Positions 18,089-27,919 are shown, counted from the first letter of the stretch. The stretch is DNA of 32,000 nucleotides from an uncultured Alphaproteobacteria bacterium (GCA_934246625.1 CAKQHZ010000001.1:390001-422000); one strand, 5' to 3'. The notes: generated by a model from the sequence alone, not told the origin. A program made the numbers and translations.

Positions 18089-18583
18089 ATGAAAAAAGTA
18101 TTAAATTATTTAGCTGTTGCAGGTCTTGCTCTTGCTGTATCTGCTTGCTCAAAAGAAGCTCCTGAAACATCAATGGAAGATAATGCAGAAGTTGCAATTT
18201 CTTCTGAAATTAAGGGTGTAATTGCTGGAACACAAGCTGATTTAGATGCACGTGCTGGTAATACTGTTTACTTCGGTTATGATAAATATTCATTATCACC
18301 AGAAGCAACAAAAACTTTGAAAAAACAAGCTGCATGGTTAAAAATGTTCCCAAAAGTTAACGTTATTATCGAAGGAAACTGCGATGAACGTGGAACAAGA
18401 AAATATAACCAAGCTCTTGGTGAAAAACGTGCTAATGCTGCAAAACGTTATTTAATTGCTCAAGGTGTTTCTGCAAAACGTATTACAACAGTATCTTATG
18501 GTAAAGATAAACCAGTTGCTCTTGGTAATACAGAAGAAGCATACGCTAAAAACCGTCGTGATGTAACAGTTATTGCAAAATAA
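18089..18583 (+). CDS. pal: peptidoglycan-associated lipoprotein Pal (OmpA family)
   Basis: Lipobox AVSAC. OmpA-like domain VYFGYDKYSL...EGNCDERGTRKYNQALGEKRANAAKRYL...SYGKDKP. Confidence 0.88.
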   Translation: MKKVLNYLAVAGLALAVSACSKEAPETSMEDNAEVAISSEIKGVIAGTQADLDARAGNTVYFGYDKYSLSPEATKTLKKQAAWLKMFPKVNVIIEGNCDERGTRKYNQALGEKRANAAKRYLIAQGVSAKRITTVSYGKDKPVALGNTEEAYAKNRRDVTVIAK

Positions 18584-18607
18584 TTAAATTACATTGTGAA
18601 AATTTAA

Positions 18608-18637
18608 AACCTCCTGATTTTATGGAGGTTTTTTTAT
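18608..18637 (+). terminator. rho-independent terminator of pal
   Basis: AACCTCC (18608-18614) pairs with GGAGGTT (18624-18630), followed by TTTTTT. Confidence 0.8.
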
Positions 18638-18709
18638 TATATTTTTTATTTACAATAATCTTTTCCTATGTTAAATTTTAAATACTTTAAACATTAAAAG
18701 GAAACAATT

Positions 18710-19282
18710 ATGGCATATGCAAATTTTAACGAAATAAAAACTGACCTTAATACAAAAATGACTAAGGCATTAGAAATTTTAAAAAAGGATTTATCTGGAT
18801 TAAGAACTGGTCGTGCTTCTATTAACCTTTTGGATAATATTATGGTTATGGCTTATGGCACTCCTACACCTATAAACCAAGTTGCAAGTCTTTCTACACC
18901 TGATGCAAGAACTATTTCTGTTTCTGTGTGGGATAAATCTGTAGCAGGAGCAGTAGAAAAAGCTATTCGCGATTCTGATTTGGGTTTAAATCCTGCTTCT
19001 GATGGCACACTTATCAGAATTACTCTTCCTACACTTACAGAAGAAAGACGTAAAGAACTTGTAAAAGTGGCAAATAATTATTCTGAACAATCAAAAGTTT
19101 CTATCCGTAATATAAGACGTGAAGGTATGGACAGTGTTAAAACTTTGGAAAAAGATAAAGTTATTTCAGAAGATGAAAGAAAATCAAACGAAGAAGAAAT
19201 TCAAAAAATTACTGATAAATTCATCGCTGAAGTTGATGAACATTTAAAAACTAAACAAACAGAAATTATGAGCATTTCTTAA
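18710..19282 (+). CDS. frr: ribosome recycling factor
   Basis: Length 190 aa. Contains LSGLRTGRAS, NLLDNIMV and TEERRKELVK, typical of Frr. Confidence 0.9.
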   Translation: MAYANFNEIKTDLNTKMTKALEILKKDLSGLRTGRASINLLDNIMVMAYGTPTPINQVASLSTPDARTISVSVWDKSVAGAVEKAIRDSDLGLNPASDGTLIRITLPTLTEERRKELVKVANNYSEQSKVSIRNIRREGMDSVKTLEKDKVISEDERKSNEEEIQKITDKFIAEVDEHLKTKQTEIMSIS

Positions 19283-19294
19283 TGAAAGATTAGT

Positions 19295-20005
19295 ATGGTA
19301 GAAGAACTTAAAATACCTCTACATATAGGGATTATTATGGACGGTAATGGTCGATGGGCAAAGGCAAAAGGTCTTCCTCGAACAACTGGTCATACAAATG
19401 GTGCAAAGGCATTACAAAGAATTATTGAAGCATGCAAAAAATATGGGGTAAAAATTCTTACTACCTATGCTTTTTCAACTGAAAATTGGGAAAGACCAAA
19501 AGAAGAAGTTGACTTCCTTATGAATCTTTTTGCTAAATATCTTAAAAATCAAGGTCAAAAACTTATTGAAAATAAAATAAGGTTTCGTGTATTGGGCGAT
19601 AAATCCCGATTTTCAAAAGATATTCAAGAATCTATGATAAAACTTGAAAATGAAACAAAGGATTTTACCGATTTTTACCTTAATGTTGCAATGAATTATG
19701 GTGGTCGTGCCGAAATTGTAAAGGCAGTTAAGGAAATTGCAACTGATGTTAAGAATAACAAAGTAAATATTGATGACATAACTCCTGATATGGTAAGTAA
19801 TCATCTTTATACTGTGGGACTTCCTGACCCTGATTTGATAATAAGAACCAGCGGTGAACAAAGATTAAGTGGTTTCTTGTTATGGCAATGTTCTTATAGC
19901 GAATTTTATTTCCCAAAAGTGCATTTCCCAGATTTTGATGAGGAACAAATTAAACTTGCAATACAGGAATATACAAAAAGGGACAGACGTTATGGAAAAG
20001 TTTAA
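19295..20005 (+). CDS. uppS: isoprenyl transferase (undecaprenyl-diphosphate synthase)
   Basis: HIGIIMDGNGRWA, YAFSTENWERP and RTSGEQRLSGFLLWQ are the cis-prenyltransferase signatures. Confidence 0.92.
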   Translation: MVEELKIPLHIGIIMDGNGRWAKAKGLPRTTGHTNGAKALQRIIEACKKYGVKILTTYAFSTENWERPKEEVDFLMNLFAKYLKNQGQKLIENKIRFRVLGDKSRFSKDIQESMIKLENETKDFTDFYLNVAMNYGGRAEIVKAVKEIATDVKNNKVNIDDITPDMVSNHLYTVGLPDPDLIIRTSGEQRLSGFLLWQCSYSEFYFPKVHFPDFDEEQIKLAIQEYTKRDRRYGKV

Positions 20006-20858
20006 AAAATTTATTTCTCTATTTATTTCAACAAACAGAAGATTAAGAATCACTACTGCAATCATAATGCTTGCTTTGGCATTTGGTGTTTTCAAAATTG
20101 GATTTTTTGGGGTTGTGCCTTTTGCTCTTGTGCTTGGTTCTCTTATGATTTACGAATATGATATAAAACTTTTTAACACAAGTAAATTAAAGTTTGTATG
20201 GGATTTGATTTCTATCAATCTTGTGCTTTGTGCTTTTGTATTCAACAGAATTTGTTGCGATTTGCCAGTTTACTATATTTCAGCTTTGTTTGTAATACTT
20301 TTTTGCGTATCAAATCTTTTCAATATTGCAACGGATAGAAAACATTGGATACTTGAAAGTCTTCAACCTATATATATCGGATTTGGCATAATGTCTTTCC
20401 TTTATATTTACTTATATTCAAGTATTTTTTCACTTATTTATTTATTCGTGATTACAATATCTACTGATAGTGGTGCATATTTCATTGGAAGTATGATTGG
20501 TGGACCAAAGTTTTGGCCAGCAATAAGCCCAAAAAAAACTTGGAGCGGTGCTATTGGTGGTGTGCTTTGTGCTTTTGCATTTGGAACAACTTATATCATA
20601 AGTTCACTTTGGCTTTCTGGATTTGATAATTTCAACAGTGTATCACTTTGGGCTTTGATAAGTATAATTCTTTCTGTGATTTCAGAATTTGGTGATTTAT
20701 TCGAATCATGGCTTAAACGTTTAAATAGTGTAAAAGATTCAAGTAATATTATACCAGGACATGGTGGTGTGCTTGACAGATTTGATAGCTTTTTATTCAT
20801 TGTTCCAATTATGGCTTTGATTATTGCATTTACAAAAATTGGTTATTTTATGCTTTAA
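19992..20858 (+). CDS. cdsA: phosphatidate cytidylyltransferase
   Basis: Polytopic protein with the signature SWLKRLNSVKDSSNIIPGHGGVLDRFDS. The start is set at ATG 19992 (MEKFKKF), overlapping uppS by 14 nt. The track's 19869 start lies inside uppS. Confidence 0.85.
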   Translation: MEKFKKFISLFISTNRRLRITTAIIMLALAFGVFKIGFFGVVPFALVLGSLMIYEYDIKLFNTSKLKFVWDLISINLVLCAFVFNRICCDLPVYYISALFVILFCVSNLFNIATDRKHWILESLQPIYIGFGIMSFLYIYLYSSIFSLIYLFVITISTDSGAYFIGSMIGGPKFWPAISPKKTWSGAIGGVLCAFAFGTTYIISSLWLSGFDNFNSVSLWALISIILSVISEFGDLFESWLKRLNSVKDSSNIIPGHGGVLDRFDSFLFIVPIMALIIAFTKIGYFML

Positions 20859-20893
20859 ATTGCTAAAAAGAACTGGGTTTTAAAGGATTTTTT

Positions 20894-23857
20894 ATGAAAA
20901 ATGTTTTTAACATATCCCCTGTGTATTCCTTTCTTGATGTATTGGGAGAATATGTTTTAAATAGTGCAAAGGAAAAAAATCTTAACATTGCAAATGATAT
21001 TATACTTCTTCCAACAAGACGTGCGTGTCGTGCATTAAAGGATATTTTTGTATCCCTTAATAATGGGGCAACATTGCTTCCAAAAATTTGTCCGATTGGC
21101 GATATTGATGAAAATGGAATCGCCTTTTTGGATTATGAAAATGAAAATATTTCTGATGAATGTCTTTTGCCTCCTATAAATGAAATTGAAAGAAATTTAA
21201 TACTTTCAAAACTTATCAAACAAAAAAATCAATCTTTAAATGATGAACAGGCTTTTGCCTTGGCTGTGGATTTGGCTCATCTTATTGACACAGTAGAAAT
21301 GGAAATGTTAAGTTTTGATAACCTTTCATCTATTGTGCCTGAGCATCTTTCACAATATTGGCAAGAAACTTTGGAATTCTTGCAAATCATTACAGAATGG
21401 TATCCAAAGATTTTACAAGAACGCGGATATACAAATCCTGTTGCCAGAAAAATAAAACTTATATATAAACAAGTTGAAATTTGGAAACAATTTCCACCAA
21501 AGGGTCGTATTTTTATTGCGGGGTCTACTGGTTCTCTTGTGCCGATTGCATATATGATAAATGCAATTTCAGAAATGGAAAATGGATATGTGATTTTGCC
21601 TCACCTTGATAAAATATTAAGTGATGACGATTTTGAAAATGTAGGTCAAAACCACCCTCAATATGGGCTTAAAAACCTTCTTTTGAAAATGAATATCAAA
21701 AGACAAGATGTAAAAGAATTAAAACCATCAACTCCAATAAATGAAAATTTGTTTGAACGTGAAACTCTTTCAAGCTATATAATGCTTAACTCTTCATTAG
21801 ATGCAAATTGGCAAACTATGCCAAATGTTAATGCAAATACATTAAATGGCATATCAAAAATAACCTTTAAAACAGATTTAGATGAAACTTTGGGACTTGC
21901 CCTTTGTTTAAGAGAAATGGTTGAGAAAAATAAAAAAACTCTACTTATTACTCCAGATAGAAAAATTGCAAAATCTGTGGCATCGGAACTTAAACGTTGG
22001 GATATTATTGTTGATGATAGTGCGGGAATTTCGGCAAGTGAAATTGATACAGGAAATTATATAATTTTACTTTTGAATGCAATAATTGAAAAATTTCCAC
22101 CATTTGCATTGCTTTCCATATTAAAACATAAATTTACTTCTTTGGGTTATGCAAAGGATAAGTTAGAGCAAATTGTAAATAACCTTGAAGAAAATGTTTT
22201 AAGAGGTAATTTCGGACTTGATAACATTGATAAAATTATTTCAAAAACCGAAGAATTAAAAATTAAAAATGATAAAATTGAAATAAGCCCTATTCTTTCA
22301 CTTCTTAATACATTAAAGGAACAAATAAAAATTTTTGATAACCTTTTTGAAGAAAATGAAAAAGTTTCAATTTACAATATACTTTATACACATTTGCAAA
22401 TTGTTGAAAAATTTGTGCAAAATGATAAAAAAGAACCGGATTTTGTAAATAATCTTTTATATAATGGGGATTTGGAATTTCAACTTTGTGATAAGTTAAA
22501 AGAGCTTTTGAAAACTCTTTATAATCTTAAAGATGACAAATTTGATATTGATAAAATGGATTTGAAATCTTATCGTGATTTTATTTCAAGTTATCTTTTT
22601 AATTTAAAATTGCGACCAACAAATAATTCTCACCCTTTGATTGCAATAATGAATTCTATCGAAGCAAGACTTTTGAATGCCGATGTATTTATTATGGCAG
22701 GCTTGAATGAACAAACTTTTCCATCTACAACTTCAGATGACCCATGGATGAGCCGACCTATGAAAGCGGAATTTAAACTTCCTCTTCCTGAACGAAAAAT
22801 TGGTTTATCATCACATGACTTTTCAGAATTTTTTTGCAAACAAAATGTCATTATGACAAGGGCTTTAAAGGTAGATAGTAATAATACCATAGAATCAAGA
22901 TGGCTTCAAAAACTTGATGCTATACTTCAAATTAAAAACCTTAAACTTGATGATGAATTTTCAAATATGGTTTTGGATTGGACCAATAATATTGATAAAG
23001 TAAACGATACTCCTGTGCGATGTGTGCGACCTGCACCAAAACCTCCACTTGAGGCAAGACCGAAACAACTTTCCGCAACAAATATCGAAAAACTTTATCG
23101 CGACCCATATATTATTTTTGCAAAATATATTTTGAAACTTTCAAAACTTAAAGATATAGAGCAAGATACTTTGCCAGCGGATTTTGGAAATGTTATTCAT
23201 AATTCGTTAGAAGAATTTAAAAAGAAAAACCTTTCTACTTATGAAGAATTGATGCAAATTATTATGAAAAATGCTTTGCCATACAAGGAAATTGATATTA
23301 TCGATTTTTGGTATAGAAAATTCGAATCTATTGCTAAATGGTTTATCGAATATGAAGCAAAGTTAAAAAAAGAAGGTGTCGAGGCAACTTATACCGAAAT
23401 CAATGGAACTATGCCGATAACAAAAAGGTTTAATTTGTTTGCAAAGGCTGACCGTATTGATATTTTAAAAAATTCTGGTGGTGCAATTATAAGTGATTAT
23501 AAAACTGGCACTGCACCAAGTGTAAAAGATGTTGAAAGCGGATATTCTCCTCAACTCCCTCTTGAAGCGTTAATCCTTAATCATCATGGGTTCAAAGATG
23601 TAAAGGGAAACCCTAAAACATCAGAAATGAGATATTTGGAAATATCTGATGGTAAAGAAAAAAGTGCAATTAAAAATATTGAAATTGATGAATTTTTGGA
23701 AAAAACTTTGGCAAGTTTGGTTGAAATAATCGAAAAATTTGATAATGAAAATACTCCTTATATTTCAAGACCAAACCCAAGCACCGTTGGACAGGCAATA
23801 GAAGAGTATTCTGACTATAACCATCTTGAACGTGTAAAAGAGTGGAATGAACAATAA
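20894..23857 (+). CDS. addB: double-strand break repair protein AddB (alphaproteobacterial type)
   Basis: Length 987 aa. The N-terminal region LLPTRRACRALKD is degenerate helicase-like. The C-terminal PD-(D/E)XK nuclease motif is ADRIDIL...ISDYKTG. Confidence 0.75.
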   Translation: MKNVFNISPVYSFLDVLGEYVLNSAKEKNLNIANDIILLPTRRACRALKDIFVSLNNGATLLPKICPIGDIDENGIAFLDYENENISDECLLPPINEIERNLILSKLIKQKNQSLNDEQAFALAVDLAHLIDTVEMEMLSFDNLSSIVPEHLSQYWQETLEFLQIITEWYPKILQERGYTNPVARKIKLIYKQVEIWKQFPPKGRIFIAGSTGSLVPIAYMINAISEMENGYVILPHLDKILSDDDFENVGQNHPQYGLKNLLLKMNIKRQDVKELKPSTPINENLFERETLSSYIMLNSSLDANWQTMPNVNANTLNGISKITFKTDLDETLGLALCLREMVEKNKKTLLITPDRKIAKSVASELKRWDIIVDDSAGISASEIDTGNYIILLLNAIIEKFPPFALLSILKHKFTSLGYAKDKLEQIVNNLEENVLRGNFGLDNIDKIISKTEELKIKNDKIEISPILSLLNTLKEQIKIFDNLFEENEKVSIYNILYTHLQIVEKFVQNDKKEPDFVNNLLYNGDLEFQLCDKLKELLKTLYNLKDDKFDIDKMDLKSYRDFISSYLFNLKLRPTNNSHPLIAIMNSIEARLLNADVFIMAGLNEQTFPSTTSDDPWMSRPMKAEFKLPLPERKIGLSSHDFSEFFCKQNVIMTRALKVDSNNTIESRWLQKLDAILQIKNLKLDDEFSNMVLDWTNNIDKVNDTPVRCVRPAPKPPLEARPKQLSATNIEKLYRDPYIIFAKYILKLSKLKDIEQDTLPADFGNVIHNSLEEFKKKNLSTYEELMQIIMKNALPYKEIDIIDFWYRKFESIAKWFIEYEAKLKKEGVEATYTEINGTMPITKRFNLFAKADRIDILKNSGGAIISDYKTGTAPSVKDVESGYSPQLPLEALILNHHGFKDVKGNPKTSEMRYLEISDGKEKSAIKNIEIDEFLEKTLASLVEIIEKFDNENTPYISRPNPSTVGQAIEEYSDYNHLERVKEWNEQ

Positions 23858-24508
23858 TTATATTTCTATTGTTTCACTTAAAATCCATGATGGATTCTTT
23901 TTACTATAATCCTTTGTAAAAGTCCATGTATCAGTAATTGTTTCAATTTGATTATCATCACCCTTTATAATTTTACCGGCCTTATCCTTTAACACAGTAA
24001 TTTGTTCGGTAATAAATTCAATTAAAATATTTGCTGATTTTTTTGTAATGCCAATATCCTTTATCAAAATCCTTTTGAAACGAATAATTTCTGTATTTAA
24101 TGTTTGATTTTTTGTTTCAAATTCAGAAATACTTTCATCAAAAACCTTATAAACATTTGGGGAAACCAAAGTTTTTAATTGGTCCCTATTTTTTTCCTCA
24201 AATGCCTTTAAAATAGAGGTAAAAGTTTGTTTTGATTTTTCCATAAATGATTGTGGTTCAAATGATTTATCAAGTTTTGATAATTTTTGAGCCTTTGTTT
24301 CAATGCTTTCATTTGAAAGTGTTTCAATAATAAGGTTGGCAAATTTTTTATCCTTTGACTTTATCAATGATTTTAAAGCCTTTTTATTAAGAGAAGCTCC
24401 TGAAACAACATTTGTTATTTCAATATTTTCAGGTTTTAATATCTTATAAATAGAAATTACTATTGTTATAAAAAGCCCAATTACCAAAAAATCTATCAAA
24501 TTCAACAT
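23858..24508 (-). CDS. Tim44-like domain protein
   Basis: One N-terminal TM helix, then a soluble domain of about 150 aa ending in WTF...W. It sits divergently next to secB, the usual position of alphaproteobacterial Tim44 homologs. Confidence 0.6.
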   Translation of the reverse strand: MLNLIDFLVIGLFITIVISIYKILKPENIEITNVVSGASLNKKALKSLIKSKDKKFANLIIETLSNESIETKAQKLSKLDKSFEPQSFMEKSKQTFTSILKAFEEKNRDQLKTLVSPNVYKVFDESISEFETKNQTLNTEIIRFKRILIKDIGITKKSANILIEFITEQITVLKDKAGKIIKGDDNQIETITDTWTFTKDYSKKNPSWILSETIEI

Positions 24509-24592
24509 TGTCTACCCTTTAAAAAAATTGTTGTTTAATTTATATAATATAATATAGTATAAATGTTAACAAAATTAAAGAGGAAAAATAAA

Positions 24593-25063
24593 ATGGCTGA
24601 AAATATTCAAAATAATGCTCAAGAAAAACCAGAATTTGAAATTCTTAATCAATTTATAAAAGATTTGTCTTTCGAAGCTCCTAATTCTCCTAAAGTTTTC
24701 TTTGAAAAAATTCAAGAAAAACCAAATATGGAAATAAATTTAGAAGTTAAATCAACTCCTGTTAATGAAAAACTTTTTGAAGTTGTTATTCATGTTAAAG
24801 TTAAAAACAGCCTAAAAGACAATGTATTATATTTAATCGATTTGTCTTATGGTTCTATGGTTGTATTAAATGTTGAAGATGAAGAAACAAAGAAAACTCA
24901 TTTATTAAAATCTGTTCCATCTTATCTTTTCCCATTTATCAGAAGTTTGGTTTCAGATTTAACAAAGGATAGTGGCTTTATGCCTTTTGTGCTTCAACCT
25001 ATTAACTTTGATAAATTAAAAGCAGAACCTCAAGTTCAAGCTCCTGCAAATGAAAATAAATAA
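24593..25063 (+). CDS. secB: protein-export chaperone SecB
   Basis: FEILNQFIKDLSFEAPNSP and LFPFIRSLVSDLTKDSGFMPFVLQPINF match SecB. The start is set at ATG 24593, after AAAGAGGA. Confidence 0.88.
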   Translation: MAENIQNNAQEKPEFEILNQFIKDLSFEAPNSPKVFFEKIQEKPNMEINLEVKSTPVNEKLFEVVIHVKVKNSLKDNVLYLIDLSYGSMVVLNVEDEETKKTHLLKSVPSYLFPFIRSLVSDLTKDSGFMPFVLQPINFDKLKAEPQVQAPANENK

Positions 25064-25073
25064 AAGGGTTTAA

Positions 25074-25868
25074 ATGTTTAAAAACTTGATTACTATATTC
25101 AAACTTATTTTATTTGTATTGTGGATGATTACTGAAATGCCTGTGCTTATAGTATGCCACTATACAAAGGTTTTGATGCCATGGTATGCAAAATTTTATT
25201 TTAAGGCTGTGTGTTTAATCCTTGGGATAAAGGTCAAAGTAAAAAGTGGTAAATTGGCAAAGGCAAAAAAACTCCTTATCCTTTCAAATCATGCTTCTTA
25301 CTTAGATATTTTTGCAATAGGTTCAGTATTTAAAACCAACTTTGTATCAAAGGCAGATGTGAAAAAATGGCCTTTGTTCGGTTGGATTGCAAATCTTGGA
25401 AATACTGTATATATCACAAGAAACAGAATGGATGCAAAAAACCAAATAAGTGTTATTGATAAGGCATTCGAAGGAAGAAAACTTCCTCTTGTAATATTTC
25501 CAGAAGGAACAAGTTCAAATGGTTGCGAAGTGCTTCCTTTTAAAAGCTCTATGTTTGCAATGTTTGAAAATCATATTGGAAGAAAGTCCGACGATAATAT
25601 AGTTATTCAACCTATATCTATGGCCTATGTTTCAAAAAATGGTAAAAAATTATCTGAGAAACAAAGACAGGCTTTTGCTTGGTGGCTTGATAGTCAAACA
25701 ATAACCAATCATCTTTTTGGTGCTGTGAAGGCTATGCCTGTGGAAGTGGAAATTATTATCCATAAACCTATTGATTTATCCGAATTTAAGGATAGAAAAG
25801 AGCTTGCAAAATATTGTCATGATATAGTTGAAAATGGATTTAATAAACTTGTTGATAAGGAGGTATAA
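25074..25868 (+). CDS. plsC: 1-acyl-sn-glycerol-3-phosphate acyltransferase
   Basis: Acyltransferase motifs NHASYLD and FPEGTSS, with an N-terminal TM helix. Confidence 0.8.
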   Translation: MFKNLITIFKLILFVLWMITEMPVLIVCHYTKVLMPWYAKFYFKAVCLILGIKVKVKSGKLAKAKKLLILSNHASYLDIFAIGSVFKTNFVSKADVKKWPLFGWIANLGNTVYITRNRMDAKNQISVIDKAFEGRKLPLVIFPEGTSSNGCEVLPFKSSMFAMFENHIGRKSDDNIVIQPISMAYVSKNGKKLSEKQRQAFAWWLDSQTITNHLFGAVKAMPVEVEIIIHKPIDLSEFKDRKELAKYCHDIVENGFNKLVDKEV

Positions 25869-26053
25869 TGTTAGGTAGCAATAAAAGAATATCTATTGGA
25901 AATAACAGAAGACGTGAACCAATAACAAAAAAACAAATCATACTTTTGATTGTTTTGGCATTGGTTATATTTCTTTCTATATGGCAAATGCCATTGAAAC
26001 AAAAAATTGTTTCCGAGAATATAAATCCTCCTAAACCAACAGAAATAAAATAA
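25868..26053 (+). CDS. small single-pass membrane protein (61 aa)
   Basis: The ATG overlaps the plsC stop (TAATG). A strong AAGGAGG lies 5 nt upstream. It has a basic N-terminus, one TM helix (IILLIVLALVIFLSIW) and a terminator immediately after. Confidence 0.55.
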   Translation: MLGSNKRISIGNNRRREPITKKQIILLIVLALVIFLSIWQMPLKQKIVSENINPPKPTEIK

Positions 26054-26082
26054 AAGGTGGCATAAAACCACCTTTTTTATTT
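26052..26082. terminator. bidirectional rho-independent terminator
   Basis: Perfect 9-bp stem AAAAGGTGG (26052-26060) / CCACCTTTT (26068-26076) with loop CATAAAA, flanked by T tracts. It overlaps the stop codons of both flanking genes. Confidence 0.8.
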
Positions 26083-26376
26083 TTTAAATCTTTGATTATT
26101 GATTTCTATTTTACTTAAAATCGCCTTATCTAAATCTATACCACATTTTTCTGCCAAAGCATAAAGATATATTGCGACATCAGCCATTTCATGTTTAAGA
26201 GAACTTTTATCATTTTCTGGAACATCTGGTTTATGATAAACGAATTTGCCACGAACGCAACTTGCAAGCTCTCCAAGTTCGGTTGTTAAACCACAAACCA
26301 AAAGCATATTGTCTTCCTCTGAAAAGCCCCATGATGACCTTGCATTACAAATTGTTTTTTGAATATTATCTGCCAT
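26077..26376 (-). CDS. MazG-like nucleotide pyrophosphohydrolase (short, single-domain)
   Basis: The canonical acidic ligands are present: TTELGELA (ExxE) and KHEMADVAIYL (ExxD), followed by GIDLDKAI. Confidence 0.7.
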   Translation of the reverse strand: MADNIQKTICNARSSWGFSEEDNMLLVCGLTTELGELASCVRGKFVYHKPDVPENDKSSLKHEMADVAIYLYALAEKCGIDLDKAILSKIEINNQRFKK

Positions 26377-26408
26377 TTTGCCTCCTATGATAAATTGAAA
26401 TAGAAAGT

Positions 26409-27695
26409 TTATAATTCGTCCTTTACTATATGTTGTATTTTTTCAAAGACTTTATTAACTGGTATTGTTTCAGGATATTCTTCTTTTAATCCTGAATATT
26501 TCATTTCAAATACACCATGTTCAAGATTTTTTGGACTTATAATTGCACGAATAGGTGCACCAATTAAATCTGCATTGGCAAATTTTGAACCTGCTCTGTC
26601 ATCTGTTGTATCAATAATTACTTCAATACCAGCAGATGTTAATTCAGTATAAAGTTTTTCTGCAAGTTCCTTTGCTTCACCTTCACCTATTGATATAATG
26701 TGAACTTTATAAGGAGCAACTTCCATATTGAAACTTGCCTTTACATCACTGCCACATTCTTCCAAAAGACAACCGAAAACACGGCTTACACCAATACCAT
26801 AGCAACCCATTACTGGAATTTGTTTCTTACCTTCGGCATCTGTGTAAATTGCATTCATTGATTTTGTGTATTTATCACCAAGTTGGAAAATATTACCAAC
26901 TTCTACACCACGAAGTTTTTGAAGTTTTTTACCACAATTTGGACATACAAGAACGTCCTCGGCATCTTTATCTGTTAAAACTTCCTTGTTTGCACGATAA
27001 TCACAATTTTCACAAACATAGATAGTGTCTTCACCAATATCACTTATCATTTGAAATTCGTGTGAAACCTTTCCACCCATATCTCCTGTTGGAGCAAGAA
27101 TATCAATCACGTTTTTCATTCCCAAACGTTTATAAATTTTATGATAAGTTTTAAGCATTATATCGTAAAATTCCTTTAAATCGTTCCATGATGTGTGGAA
27201 TGAGTAAGCGTCCTTCATCATAAATTCACGACAACGAATAAGTCCTGCACGAGCACGCAATTCATCACGATATTTTGTTTGAATTTGGTATAGACACAAA
27301 GAATTTGGAGATGCAGGTAATTGCTTATAACTTTGCAATATTGAACGAACATAATCTGTTACAATTTCTTCGTGTGTTGGATTGACAACAGCTTCTATCC
27401 CTGCACGAGTTTTAAATTTTAATAAAACATCAATGTTTTCACGACCTGTTTCCTTCCACAAAGATAATGGTGAAACAACTGGCATATTCATTTCTTGACA
27501 ACCAACGGCATCAAGTTCTTCTCTTATAATCTTTTTAATATTTTGAAATACCTTAAATCCAAGTGGTGAGTATGTATATATACCCGCACCAGTTTGATGA
27601 ATATAGCCACCCTTTAATGCCAACTTATGTCCCAAAGTTGTTGCATCAGCAGGCAATTCTTTTGTTCGCTTTATAAATAAATTTTCTAATCTCAT
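26409..27695 (-). CDS. proS: proline--tRNA ligase (short bacterial type, no INS editing domain)
   Basis: Class II motifs REFMMKDAYSF, SHEFQ, GIEVGNIFQLGDKYT-like and GCYGIGVSR, plus a C-terminal anticodon-binding domain. Length 428 aa. The INS position is occupied by a CxxC...CxxC segment. Confidence 0.9.
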   Translation of the reverse strand: MRLENLFIKRTKELPADATTLGHKLALKGGYIHQTGAGIYTYSPLGFKVFQNIKKIIREELDAVGCQEMNMPVVSPLSLWKETGRENIDVLLKFKTRAGIEAVVNPTHEEIVTDYVRSILQSYKQLPASPNSLCLYQIQTKYRDELRARAGLIRCREFMMKDAYSFHTSWNDLKEFYDIMLKTYHKIYKRLGMKNVIDILAPTGDMGGKVSHEFQMISDIGEDTIYVCENCDYRANKEVLTDKDAEDVLVCPNCGKKLQKLRGVEVGNIFQLGDKYTKSMNAIYTDAEGKKQIPVMGCYGIGVSRVFGCLLEECGSDVKASFNMEVAPYKVHIISIGEGEAKELAEKLYTELTSAGIEVIIDTTDDRAGSKFANADLIGAPIRAIISPKNLEHGVFEMKYSGLKEEYPETIPVNKVFEKIQHIVKDEL

Positions 27696-27697
27696 AA

Positions 27698-27919
27698 TTA
27701 TCTTTCTTTGGTTGTGAAAAAATCTTTCAATTTTTCGGAATTGTTTATATCATAAACTCCATTTTTAAAACAAAGTCCACAAGGTCCATTTAAATTCCAG
27801 TTTAAAGATTTACAATGATTATTTAAAAAATAAGGACACTTTGATAAAAATTTTGAACTTTCAGATACAAAAATATTTTTCTTATCTTTGGATATACCTA
27901 TTTTTACAAGATTTGACAT
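27698..27919 (-). CDS. small Cys-rich hypothetical protein (73 aa)
   Basis: The ATG overlaps the infA stop by 1 nt (TAATG) and the stop lies 2 nt before the proS ATG. Four Cys are arranged C-x7-C...C-x2-C (CPYFLNNHC, CGLC). I recognise no family. Confidence 0.55.
   Translation of the reverse strand: MSNLVKIGISKDKKNIFVSESSKFLSKCPYFLNNHCKSLNWNLNGPCGLCFKNGVYDINNSEKLKDFFTTKER

Noticed and set aside
25871-26071. Minus-strand 66-aa ORF opposite the small membrane-protein ORF.
   Set aside because: The plus-strand ORF has an AAGGAGG RBS, stop/start coupling to plsC and a clean TM helix. The minus-strand ORF starts inside the terminator hairpin.
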